A stretch of 64,000 nt of DNA. Source: Octopus bimaculoides. Lineage: Eukaryota. A program made the translations under genes and the position numbers. Position 1 is the stretch's first letter, and every line of letters starts with the position of its first letter. The stretch spans positions 51,475,739 through 51,539,738 of the forward strand of contig NC_068997.1 in NCBI RefSeq assembly GCF_001194135.2, given 5' to 3'. The notes under the pieces are model-generated. The model was not told the origin of the DNA. It saw only the letters and a program-made list of their open reading frames with translations, and searched no databases. Below, piece after piece: positions 12,721-26,080 of this stretch.

Positions 12721-13455
12721 AAAAAAAGAACAACCTATGTGTATGCGCGTGTATGGGTCGAGTGTGTCGACTGCATTCGCTCTGAGTGTGTAGAACGCTC
12801 TACGAGGCACCTTCAGCTTCCGTAACGCGATGCTCGTTACCAATTAACCAAATGAATCAACAGGAATTTAATTCTTTCTTGAAATATTCATTTTTGATTT
12901 CTATTGCTATTTCTATAAATCTTTTATTTCTTTCAATGTTCTCACTAATTAATTTGCAAATTAATTAATTAAATTATTTTTATTGTCTTGATATTTATTT
13001 TGTCCAGAATTTTTTGTTTGTATTAATTTATTTTCGTGTAGCAAGTGGTAAAGGTGCGAATCGAATTTAAAGTGAGACTCAGCTGGAGTTCTTGTTTGCT
13101 GGAGAAGGTCATCTTTTATGTTTCCGGGATAGCAAAGAACAAGCGTACCAGTCATATGCTGTGGTCAATTCAATTAAATATGCACTCTTCTGTTCTAAAC
13201 TCTATACTAATGGAAGTTATTGATGTAAAAATATAAATCGTGAAATGGCTAGAGACGATGAAACCGATGTAAGGAAGGACGGGAGGGTCTCAAACTATTC
13301 TTGCGATTTGAGGAAGGCGACCCCTGTGTCTTGGAAATAAGGATTCCTGACGGAGAAATCAGCAAAAACAATAAGAATGAAGCAAGTATCCACTTCTTCT
13401 GAGATCAATGGAAACGTCTTGCCAGGTTAAATAACAACGACAAAAACATTATTTG

Positions 13456-13504
<49 letters not shown>

Positions 13505-13510
<6 letters not shown>

Positions 13511-13648
13511 CGACAGGCTTCTTTCAGTTTCCGTCTACCATATCCACTTGCAAAGCTTTGCTCGGCCCGAGACTACAGTAGAAGACACTTGCCCAAGTTG
13601 CCACATATTGGGACTAAACCCGGAAATATGCGGTTGGTAAGCAAGCTA
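13505..13648 (-). mobile_element. SINE family D, runs into an N gap
   Basis: Reverse complement of AGCTTGCTTACCAACC...CTTGGGCAAGTGTCTTCTAC...GGTAGACGGAAACTGAAAGAAGCCTGTCGTATAT. Confidence 0.88.
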
Positions 13649-13658
13649 NNNNNNNNNN

Positions 13659-13725
<67 letters not shown>

Positions 13726-14002
13726 CGTATATATGTATATAAGAAAACAGGAAGTTGGAAAATGCTTTTGGTATTGCTTAAACACTATCTTCCCTGATTC
13801 CTGGCTTACTACATAACATCTTCACTGATTCCTGTTTTCTTATATAAAATATCTGCAAATAATATTTCTAGATATTCAGCTTGAATATGTTCCTCACAAA
13901 TATAGCAGCTACTTAAAGGCCTGTAAAAACTGCAATAAGTACATGTGCTTCAAGAGGACACAGCTTGGATTGTAAAACCTCCTCCATATATATATATATA
14001 TA

Positions 14003-14178
14003 GTGAGAATTTACGAAAAAAACAAAAGACGAAGACGGATGTGTAAACAACAAACAGATGTATTAGTTTAACAGTCGGGAAGTGAGAAAGTCTTTTACAT
14101 TTCGAGCCTACGCTCTTCAACAGAAAAGAACACGTGAAATAAACAGAGAGAAAAGAAAAAAGGTTTAGAGGTTAGCGA

Positions 14179-14180
<2 letters not shown>
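14003..14180 (-). mobile_element. Probable Penelope-like terminal repeat remnant embedded in (TA)n
   Basis: Flanked by (TA)n on both sides and contains a minimal hammerhead-like motif; Penelope assignment is inferred from that motif. Confidence 0.55.
14091..14128 (-). ncRNA. Minimal type I hammerhead ribozyme-like motif (non-canonical core CUGUUGA)
   Basis: Minus strand UCUUUU CUGUUGA A GAGC-GUAG-GCUC GAAA UG UA AAAGA: short stem I, 4-bp stem II, GAAA, minimal stem III, UH cleavage site. Confidence 0.5.
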
Positions 14181-14209
<29 letters not shown>

Positions 14210-14419
14210 CCACACGTACAGAAGCACACGTACAAGCAGGGATGGACGTGCATATGCACTAATAGAAAGATTGACATATATATGCGCGCGCACACAGAGA
14301 CATTAATGCGCACATATATTCAAACACCTGCAAACTGACACACACACACACACACTTGCACATAGACGTACACATGCACGCACAAAAGACAAATAAACGC
14401 CGATTCATCTCTACATACA

Positions 14420-14465
<46 letters not shown>

Positions 14466-15098
14466 CATATTACAATTGTGTATATCTACGTAGGCTACCG
14501 CTATAAGCAAGCTACCCGCAAACATTTACGTACGCCTCTGAGTGTCATCGCTTATTATAAGAAGTTTATTTCAAACGAAAGCGTTGTGTAAACCCTTTAA
14601 AGTCTGCACTTGACGATCCGAGGAAAAAAAAAAAAAGTCGCACCTTGTGACATTTTAAAAGTTTGCACTTATTGACACTGGCAGACATTAAAATTGACGT
14701 AAATACTTCTATAGACCTGCTTCCCGCGAAACCAGCGTTAAGCACTTGTCAGATTGCGGAAAGACACGCAAATATGTGTATATGTGTGTTTGTATGTCAT
14801 CCTATTTAGAACTTTGTTATAATTTGTTACAACGTGGAAATAGTGTCCATCTTGTAAATACGGCCATACGGATACACACACGCCCTCTCTCTCTCTCTTT
14901 TGTTCTCATTGACTCTCACTCTCTCTCATATATGTTGGCCAACTTATCTTATACGTACAAAACCATGTATAGAAGCCCAGACCTACATATACGTATATAT
15001 ATATATATATATATAAACATGTGTCATAGAAAATATACATCCAAAGTGCGAGTGTAAATGTGTGCGTGCGTGTGTGTGTATATCCTTGTGTCAGTATG

Positions 15099-15145
<47 letters not shown>

Positions 15146-15207
15146 TCACAACCACATACACATATACATACATTTAACTGTTATACTTTTTAACCTACTT
15201 ATTCCTC

Positions 15208-15299
<92 letters not shown>

Positions 15300-16147
15300 A
15301 CACGCATATACATACATACTTACATACATACATAGATGTACGAACGTATCCCCATACGCACATATAAATTTGTTAGTGTGTGTATGTGTGTGTGTTTATG
15401 TGTGTTTTTATGTGTGTGGGTGTTTATGTGTGTGTATGTGTGTGTTTGTATATGTGTGTGTTTATGCGTGTGTATGTGTGTGTGTGTGTGTTTATATATA
15501 TGTGTGTGTGTTTGTGTCCGTCCACAGAGACAACATGTCAGTCCTACTCAAACAACACGGTTTATTTCCGTAATTTATTGCTTCTTACATTTCACTTAAT
15601 TCAACTCCAACAAATCTTACCATTCTGGCTTCAGCTGCATCACATTTTCATCCTATTTGCCATTCAACATTAACCGTTGCATGCATTCTGTTATTAATGA
15701 CCTTTCAAATTACTGTCAGCGAAATAATTCCTGCAGACTGTTCAGACCATTTCTATCAATTCCGTCTTTTACACGTTCTTATCTTTCAAATCTTTAATAA
15801 GACTTTCCTATGATCCAAAACTTTGCGATGGCATATACATGGAAGAAGACGTTAGTCTCATTTCCCGATCTCAAGTTCTTCCTTATTGCTCATGTTTATT
15901 GTCTATTCTATTTAGTAGATTGTTTTTGATTTTAGTGCGGTCTGGAAATTCAACAAGCAAGTACAATTCGTTATTAATGTTGTTGAGACGTTGCACTCTA
16001 GAAAAATAACGACGTCGTTGCATTAAACGAAACCGGAGAACATCTTAACAACATAAGAATCAAACTGAGTTTATTGAATGTTATAAAAAGTAGCGTATAT
16101 AGATTCACAAAAGCCGACATCCTTGCAAAAACAGGAACCACGTCAAC

Positions 16148-16828
16148 TAGTGGTTCTCAATTATTTTTTTATCTATGGGACCCTTTCATTTCCAAATTGC
16201 TCTTGGGGAACCCCACAGCCACTCCATGTCCGTTAATAGTCACAGGAAAAAAGTCACAGAAAAAAAAGTCACAATTTGGGTTAGGAAAAAAGTCACATTT
16301 AATTTATGGTGGCCGGTAACAAAGTCACAGGAAAAAAAGTCACAAAAAAAGTCACAATTTTGGCTAGGAAAAAAGTCAGAGTTAATTTATGGTGGTCGGT
16401 AATAAAGTGATAAAACAGAAAATTGAAGTGATTAAACAGAAAATATTTAAAATTAGTTATTAATTGGCAATACATGACTGGCAGTACATATTGACAACAC
16501 TATTTATATATGATAACATTACATGTGACTTTTATTTCTGTGACTTTTTTTACCTGGATACAGGCCACTCGATGTACACTTGTATAGCTTTGCATTAGCA
16601 CTCACTGAGAGAACATGTTTCAGGAGTCGGAAACCTGTTGAACTATGTAAAGCGGTAGAGAAAAAAACCGAGTTGTTTTTTGCAATATAACGCAAACATT
16701 TTCGTGGACCCTTCAAACACTATTATCGGTCGCTAATTTACTATTTTGCTTGCGTGGACCCCCCCCCCTCAAATTTATATGCTTCCCCTGGGGATCATAT
16801 GGACCAAGGTTGAGATTAAGAATCACTG
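16148..16828. mobile_element. hAT (Charlie-like) non-autonomous element containing a nested element
   Basis: Termini TAGTGGTTCTCAA and TAAGAATCACTG resemble CAGTGGTTCTCAA TIRs; GGACCC-rich subterminal motifs; 8-bp flanks ACGTCAAC / ATGCAAAC match at 5 of 8. Confidence 0.55.
16230..16559. mobile_element. MITE with reiterated AAAAAGTCACA motifs and two about 82-bp internal tandem units
   Basis: Left CCGTTAATAGTCACAGGAAAAAAGTCACAG; inverted right end TGTGACTTTTATTTCTGTGACTTTTTTTACCTGG; tandem units 16231-16393. Confidence 0.7.
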
Positions 16829-17121
16829 ATGCAAACGCTTAACAAAATAAGTAGGAAACAAATTAATTTTATTGGATACCTTATGAGATACTTTATACGG
16901 AGTGAGAAATGACATATCGTATACAAGGAAATGAGATACGGNNNNNNNNNNNNNNNNNNNNNNNNNNNNNNNNNNNNNNNNNNNNNNNNNNNNNNNNNNN
17001 NNNNNNNNNNNNNNNNNNNNNNNNNNNNNNNNNAGAGGTTATGTTAGCCTCATGAAGGGATGGTGTCATCCAAAGAAATATTGGTTCAATGCCTAATTTT
17101 GGGGAGGAGTGCTGAGAAATG

Positions 17122-17190
17122 TGGGAATCGAAACTGCGATCCTGCGACCGCGAGTCCGCTGCCCTAACCACTGGGCTATTTCGCCTCTAC
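17122..17190 (-). mobile_element. SINE family B tRNA-like head only
   Basis: Reverse complement GTAGAGGCGAAATAGCCCAGTGGTTAGGGCAGCGGACTCGCGGTCGCAGGATCGCAGTTTCGATTCCCA, followed by unrelated sequence. Confidence 0.85.
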
Positions 17191-17312
17191 GGATATCACT
17201 GTAAGACAGTCTTGAATAATTAATGACAACTGTGAAGTGGAGAGGCAAAAGAAGCCGAAGGGAGAGAAAGGAGGAGAGAGTGAGAGTCCGAGACAAAGGG
17301 AGCGTGAATAAA

Positions 17313-17379
<67 letters not shown>

Positions 17380-17512
17380 AAGAGAGGGAGACAGAGACAG
17401 AGAGAACTGGCTAAAGGAAACCCGATCCTATTACGTAATAGGCTCCGTATAGAAACGAAGCAGAATGTATAGAAATGGGCGGAGAACCTTGATTGCCGGC
17501 GCCTGTTAATTA

Positions 17513-18170
17513 CAACTCTATAGTTCTGACATGGTTTGTACAATCCATAGTTCTGAACTCATTAACATACTTCATTACTATGAATTAATTAGTAGTACAC
17601 TAAATAGTTCCCAATTAATTAGTATTCTCCATAATTCTGTAAATTGTAACATTCTATAGTTCTGAGTTAATTAACACTCTAAATAGATCTGAGCTCATTA
17701 ATACACTCCATAGTTCTGTTTTAATTAATAAACTCCATAGATCTGTTAATTAGTATACTTATAATTATAAAATTTATTAGTTCGCTTTAAATTTATGAAT
17801 TAATACTCAACGCAATTCTTTTAATTAATACACTCGATTTAATTAGAATATTCTATAATTATACTAATTATTACACACCGTAAATTTATAAAATTCGACG
17901 CTGCATAATTCTGAATTAATTCTTAGAGTTATCAGTTCTATATAAATTAGTAAACTTCTAATCCTGAAATAATTAATAAACATAGTTTTATAAATTAGTA
18001 CGCCCTGTAGCTGTAACTTAATTAATAGACTCTATAGTTTTCAAGTAATTGGTACGTTTATTACTTCTAAATTAATTTAGTACAGTGCATAGGTCTAAAT
18101 TAAATGCATCGTTCGATAGTATAGTTAATTAGTCCACTAGATATTTCAGAATTAATGACTACCTTCCTTA
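17513..18170. repeat. Decayed AT-rich minisatellite, unit about 26-28 bp
   Basis: Repeating AATTAATTAGTACACTCCATAGTTCTG-like units with progressive divergence. Confidence 0.7.
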
Positions 18171-18700
18171 GCACGGTTAATTAGTACATAGCAAGTGCCA
18201 ACGCTGGAATGAAACAGGCAATTTTATATATCAAGACAAATAGTAACTGACTATAGTGAAAGAGAAAAAATAACAAAAAAAAAAACGTTTAGAGTACTTT
18301 AATGTAGGAGTATAAGTCGGAACGTTTGACTCCACGAGAGCAATTATTGCTTCTCAGCGCAACACTGATAAATCCATCGATCTTGAAACCTTTATAATTT
18401 CATGACTCTGAAGCCGTCAAAATTTTTCGAGATTCCATGAGAATTCTCTGAGAACTTTTGGTTATTTTTTTGCATTGTTTCTAAAACATGTTCTGTTAGG
18501 GTTTATGAAGTTTGTGTAGTCTATCAAAATCTCACCCTTTTACATTTTTCATTTCTTTCAATTTTTACTTTTTAACCTTCTTTTGTCTTGTTCATAAGTA
18601 CATTTAACTTCTCTTAACTTCCCCTAATTTATTCAGCTACAATATTCCTACCTCCCCCTTTACCTTTCCAACCTCTCCTATTGCCTTTCTATACTGTATC

Positions 18701-18772
18701 AAAAGAACCAAGGTTCATGAACTCATCGATGAAAATCCACTGTCACATATAGAAAAGAACCTTGGTTCTTTT
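18701..18772. repeat. Perfect 16-bp inverted repeat, part of a dispersed element
   Basis: AAAAGAACCAAGGTTC (18701-18716) / GAACCTTGGTTCTTTT (18757-18772); 18757-18800 is homologous to the reverse complement of about 49218-49256. Confidence 0.75.
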
Positions 18773-19797
18773 CCCTAAAACTATATATTTATATATATTT
18801 TATACTGTGAAACTTAATTTAATTTTAATTTTTAATAAATTGATTTTAATTGAGTTTTTACTTGGATTTTATCCCTAATATAATTATTATTATTATTATA
18901 TATATATAAATAGATAGTTGGATAGGCTGATAGACAAACAGACAGATAGATAGATAGATAGATAGATAGAAGACAGCTATGGGTATAGATATATATCAGC
19001 AATACTTTACTTTGAAAGCGAATAATTTCCCAAAGAACCGTTGAAGTTGATATACTAAGAGCACAAAGAATTATATGGCGTTTTAGCTGTATACCGACCC
19101 CGATTAAAACTGGGTTGTAGGGAACGTGAATGTTTAATGTATATATATTGTTCTTGTTTCATGCTGGATTGTAGGGAACGCCAATCCTTTACATGCATAT
19201 CGTTCTCGATTAATGCGGTGTCAGGCAAGTGCAAGGTACATATATTATATGCATATTATATAACCAATAATGAGTTTAAAGATTTAAATTTCTTTCTACA
19301 TGTAATACAACGAATGTAATGCATAATATAATATAACATAATATAATATATCACATATATATCTAATTGCGATTCAAGATTTCGTATCGGCAGCTTCTAG
19401 CTGAATCTTACGAAATCACAGAAAAGTAATTTCCTTTGAAATATCTCATTATCGGGAATAATAATGCTAGAGAAGAATTGTTAGTTTTCTTAGAATACAC
19501 TCGTATTGTAGTTAGTATTGTTATATTTATTCTTGTAGTTGTTTTTGCTGTGGTTGTATTTATACCGCTAATAAATGATGCCGATAATTTATTTATTTGT
19601 TCTTTTTTTGGGTACAATGATAATATTTTCCCAAAAATGTTCCCTTTGTATTCATGATACGCAATATTATCGCAACAACGGGAATATCTATCGCACTTTC
19701 ATGTTTTTTTTCTATATTTTTTTTCTTGCCAATTTATGGTAGGAAGAAAAACATCATAATTTCGCATTATGTATATGAATGTGAGCGTGTGTGCATG

Positions 19798-19854
<57 letters not shown>

Positions 19855-20126
19855 NNNNNNNNNNNNNNNNNNNNNNNNNNNNNNNNNNNNNNNNNNNNNN
19901 NNNNNNNNNNNNNNNNNNNNNNNNNNNNNNNNNNNNNNNNNNNNNNNNNNNNNNNNNNNNNNNNNNNNNNNNNNNNNNNNNNNNNNNNNNNNNNNNNNNN
20001 NNNNNNNNNNNNNNNNNNNNNNNNNNNNNNNNNNNNNNNNNNNNNNNNNNNNNNNNNNNNNNNNNNNNNNNNNNNNNNNNNNNNNNNNNNNNNNNNNNNN
20101 NNNNNNNNNNNNNNNNNNNNNNNNNN

Positions 20127-20170
<44 letters not shown>

Positions 20171-20979
20171 CTATATATGTACATATATATACATATAAAT
20201 ACATACACTAATGTATATATGTACGAATACAGGCATATGTATAACTACTTTATATATATATATATATATATATACTCACACAACACAATATATTGTGTTT
20301 ACATTATGTTTGTTTCCGACTATATGTAGGTCGTTGCTGAGCGACACAACGAAAAGGTATCACAAGAAATTAAATAACAGGTAGAAAAATGACAAAAAAG
20401 AAAAGAAAAATCCGAAATGAGCAGAACAAAATACATTAGTCAATATGCAAAAAAATGACCAAGGATAAAATATATATTTAGAGTGTTATTTTTGAATGGA
20501 AAAGAAAATACGAAGAATATATGCATCTATTTTTATGACACGTCTGCAGTATTGTTTTAGAAGGCGAAATATATATAAAAAGACCTAAAAAGTGGGAAGA
20601 ATAACCAAAATTATAGAAACAATAAGAGCTAAAATTTCCCAAAAAGTTTTGTACAGAGTTATAGACAAAATTAGCATTTGGTATTATGTATATGTATATA
20701 TAGATGTACACACAGAGAGAGATGCACAGACATATGTATATACGCATGTGTGTGTGTGGCGCGGGTATGTGTATACGCATATATATGTGTGTGTGTATGT
20801 ATGTATGTAGTTTGTCATATATCATGTATAGATATATTTCATTTCAAGATCGAAATTTGCATATTTTAATATTTTATGTACACGTACATGTATGCACAAA
20901 CACATGTACAATAAGAGAGAGAGGGGAAAAGAGGAGAGAAGGAAAGGAGAAAGTGTCTCTGTGGGTACGTCTATGTTTC

Positions 20980-21490
<511 letters not shown>

Positions 21491-22034
21491 CATCTCAAAT
21501 TTTATTTTCACATTATCATAACATTATAATCTTTAAAACCGCCATGTCACAGTATGACATCTGAAGATCACTTGTCACCAAACTTGTAATATTTATGGCT
21601 TGACATTTTCAAATTACATGTGATGGACTAAAACAGGTGGGTACCTCGATAATGTGCGACTGAACAAATCCAGAGATTAATGGTTCGCATTTCTCCTACC
21701 CTTGTATTATATTTGACTTACTTAAATTCCAGTCCTCTTGTGTTGTGTATCCTTCAAGCCAGCAAGTATCCCGAACCTAGTTATGTTCCAGCCCTTTCCC
21801 CGCTTGCGCAACTGTTCTTCTGTTTGAGATCTTCATAGAATGTTCAGGGATCGACCCTTTCTCTGTTTCCTCTATTATGTTATCCTTGTTAGGTTTTCCT
21901 TGTCCTGCGTTCAAATGCCCATGTCACCGCAGACTTAATATGCCGAGTTGCGGACAAGATTAGAATATCACCATCCCAGAGACCAAAGTGTACGTAAGAA
22001 AGCAAAGTGTACGTACGCCGCCATATGTATATAA

Positions 22035-22262
22035 AAAGGAATGCAAAAAATGGGACAAAAACGCAAAACATCCAGACAGTTAGATGATACAAAAAAGGGA
22101 CAAGAAAAAACAAGGACGGGTCATTCGGAGTTTTCTTTCCTCAGTCGAGTTCCAGATTATCTTTGCAATTTCAGCTGGTTATACTCGAAATTGTTTTGTT
22201 GTCCCTTTTTTGTATCATCTGTCTGGATGTTTTGCGTTCTTGTCCCATTTTTATATTCCTTT
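22035..22262. mobile_element. Fold-back element with about 75-bp inverted arms in a TA-rich site
   Basis: 22035-22113 versus reverse complement of 22191-22262 differ by a few substitutions and small indels; 77-bp unique spacer. Confidence 0.85.
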
Positions 22263-22772
22263 ATATATATATATTTGTATAATGTATGCAGCTTTAGATA
22301 TATATGTAAGTATATGTGTGTGAGCGTGTGCTCGTCCTTATGCAGATGTGTAAGCAATGACTCTAATTAAAACATTACAAAACGATGTGGCGGAAGTTAC
22401 AACTTATCTATCCTTATCAGCCATAAATGATATCAGGAAGATAAACTTAACGTTTCATTGGGTAATAGAGTTGTCATCACTCTTACTTCACAGCGGACAT
22501 CTAAGTTACTTCAACAAATATCTCGGAACAGATGTCTCTGATATTTCATATTTCATTTTATCTTTACACTATATCCCAGCGTTATTTTCTTTTTTTAGTA
22601 TTTACGTTATGCACAACTTCCAACTATCAGACATCTCAGTGTCAAACATACCTCACCTCATAATTTATGAAGAAGAATGAGTATGCATCCAATCATTGAA
22701 ATATAGTCATCCATTTTTTGTTCATACAAACACACAAACGTACATAAAAACATACATACACGCCCACACACG

Positions 22773-22808
<36 letters not shown>

Positions 22809-23011
22809 TACCATATAAAATTAGTGTACATTTAAACACAAAAAGAGGCGACCCTTACCAGGCAACCTTACATGCTAAAAGTAGCAGTCAAAATGACCAA
22901 AACCACATTTAAGAGCAATTTCGAAGTGAATGAAAAATAAAAACTTGGTTTTTTACAGCCATACCTAGGTTTCGAACTCTAATTAGCAAATAAAATAATT
23001 TGCTAGGCGAA

Positions 23012-23385
23012 GTTATTTTCTCCGACGAGTTATCCTTTACTTTATTTCCGACCATCGGCTGAGTATACGTATGGAGACAGCCAAAAGAAGCATTTGACCC
23101 AGACTGCCTTCTTCCAACTGTTAAACATGGAGGAGGATCCGTGATGATCGGGGTGGTGGTGGTGGTGCTAGATCTTGGAAATCCACTGGCCTAACGGTTT
23201 CCCTTCATGGCAGAATTAATCGTCAAGACTATTTAAGCATCTTGTCTAATCAAATTCATCCTATGTTTGCGGAACTGTTTCCGAAGGGAAACACAATCTT
23301 TCAGGATGATAATGCACCAATTCACACAGCTAAAGTTATTACTCAATGGCACGCGGAACATTTTAGTGAAGTTGAACATCTTATG
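23012..23385 (+). pseudogene. Tc1-family DDE transposase core fragment
   Basis: VIFSDELSFTLFPTIG*VYVWRQPKEAFDPDCLLPTVKHGGGSVMI, frameshift, then GRINRQDYLSILSNQIHPMFAELFPKGNTIFQDDNAPIHTAKVITQW; first and second catalytic Asp present, third residue motif absent, no TIRs seen. Confidence 0.93.
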
Positions 23386-24080
23386 CATATATATCTATCT
23401 ATATATATTTATATGTATATATATTTTGAGAATGTATCACGTTAACTCGGTATATCAACCTGTAAAACGGCTGGGATATCTTGTTTTTTAGTGTAATTTT
23501 GCTACCCATGGTAACTATTAACGTATTCAAATTATCGAAAGTTTCAATAACTGAGATAATATTAATACACATAAAATAATATACAATATATATATNNNNN
23601 NNNNNNNNNNNNNNNNNNNNNNNNNNNNNNNNNNNNNNNNNNNNNNNNNNNNNNNNNNNNNNNNNNNNNNNNNNNNNNNNNNNNNNNNNNNNNNNNNNNN
23701 NNNNNNNNNNNNNNNNNNNNNNNNNNNNNNNNNNNNNNNNNNNNNNNNNNNNNNNNNNNNNNNNNNNNNNNNNNNNNNNNNNNNNNNNNNNNNNNNNNNN
23801 NNNNNNNNNNNNNNNNNNNNNNNNNNNNNNNNNNNNNNNNNNNNNNNNNNNNNNNNNNNNNNNNNNNNNNNNNNNNNNNNNNNNNNNNNNNNNNNNNNNN
23901 NNNNNNNNNNNNNNNNNNNNNNNNNNNNNNNNNNNNNNNNNNNNNNNNNNNNNNNNNNNNNNNNNNNNNNNNNNNNNNNNNNNNNNNNNNNNNNNNNNNN
24001 NNNTATATATATATATATATATATTTTTATATTCATATGTATATTTATATATACAAATATGCACACACACATACCAAGAC

Positions 24081-24138
<58 letters not shown>

Positions 24139-24582
24139 CAATATACGCACACACATGTATATATATATATGTGTGTGTATGCATACACACACCCTTCTAA
24201 ATATATGCATACATATGTATACATGTGCATATTGAAAAATAAACGTGACTATTTATTTGTGATATATGTGAATGTATTTGTAAATATATAGTCTCATAGG
24301 TGATTTTTGCCAACATTTCCCCGTCTTTCGGGTATATTTACCCGATATTATATGATCTTTTGTTTATTCATTCATTTATTTATTAAATACTCGTTTGTTT
24401 TTCCACTTTTTAAAAAAGATAAATTCCCAAACTTGTCAATAATTCGAAAAAAATTAAAAGGATACACACACACATGTATATATAAACATACATATGTATA
24501 CGTATATGTATATACATACCTATATATATATATACACACATATATATTTATATACATGTATATATACACACACATATACATA

Positions 24583-24620
<38 letters not shown>

Positions 24621-24666
24621 GCCTTGCGATCATAAGTCGAATGTCCTAACTATAAGCTGTAAGCCT

Positions 24667-24728
<62 letters not shown>

Positions 24729-24937
24729 GAGAGAGATACATAGGTGTGTGTGTCAGTATTTGTGTGTGTGTGTGTATGCATGTATATATGCGTGCATAAA
24801 TCTTAGTAAAATATATGTATGCGCCTACGCAATGCACGTACAGAATATAGCGCTTATACACATTTACACACAAACATACATACACACACGCTCACACAAA
24901 CACACGCTTTCATACATTGGTACCATTAATACAAGAC

Positions 24938-24976
<39 letters not shown>

Positions 24977-26044
24977 CTCTTTTGTTTTTCTTTGCATGTA
25001 TTTTATCCGTTTGAAAAAGAATATATTTTCTCATTTCAATGTTTTTATTTCATTTTATTATTTAACTGCTTCTGTTAATCCTCAAAAGAAAAGTTTAGAA
25101 GAAATCTGTGAATTAATATCCTGATTAAATGATATGTATATGACTAATATTCATTCTTGTTAAATATAACCACATGTAGATCTACTCTATCAGGATATAT
25201 AACACAGTAAAATATTTGACATTATACATACATACATACATACATACATACACACACACACACGTTTGATATGTGTAATCTATACAAGTATACAACAGTG
25301 TATACAAAGAAACGGCCACTGAATACGTTGTTTTGGGTATACATTTGTAGATTAGAAGTTAATTATACGTCCGTCCGTTACACAGAGGTTTTATGACACG
25401 TAAGCACGTGTTTATATATANNNNNNNNNNTATAAAAGCATATATATATACTTATATAAAAGCATATATTTTTATACATATACACAGCGAGGCTTCTGTT
25501 TATATATATATGTATGTGTATATATATGTGTTTATACACACATGTACATATATGTATGTATGTATGTTTATATGCGGGTACGTATCTGTGTATGTATGTA
25601 CAAGAGTAGGAATTCAAAAATTCAAACAGAGTTCACAGCAAGCTTCCGGTTGGGTGCATGACCATCGAGAAGACCGTGGCTAAGGCTAGCATGTAACCTC
25701 ACCGTCGTTTTGAAAAACAGGAATCGCAACGGTGGTGAGAACATATATAAAAGTGATCAGAAAAAGGATGTGAAATGAGGGAATCTATGTTTATTCCATT
25801 AGCTGACAGCTTTTTCATAATTTGTGTTAGTTAAGTGAGAGACGCTTCCGCATCCATCACATATGTATGAATGAATATAAATATAGAATGTATATTTACA
25901 CCCATAAATATAATCGTGCTGTAACATAACGAATAGACTACACTTCAGATCATTTCATGGCAGTTTGATATTTGCCAAAATTGATGGGATTAATCTTGCA
26001 TGAAATTTATTACTGGAGCATATTACATCAGCACGTGCAACACC

Positions 26045-26080
<36 letters not shown>

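Noticed and set aside
13045-13236. Possible piggyBac-like peptide LEFLFAGEGHLLCFRDSK
   Set aside because: Short weak resemblance; no TTAA-flanked TIRs found
15680-15830. Possible CR1/L2 RT remnant on the minus strand (DHRKVLLK...GIDRNG...NYFADSNLK)
   Set aside because: Too degenerate to support by eye
17513-18170. CRISPR-like array interpretation of the periodic regions (here and 56878-57190)
   Set aside because: Eukaryotic context, homologous rather than unique spacers, degenerate repeats, no cas genes
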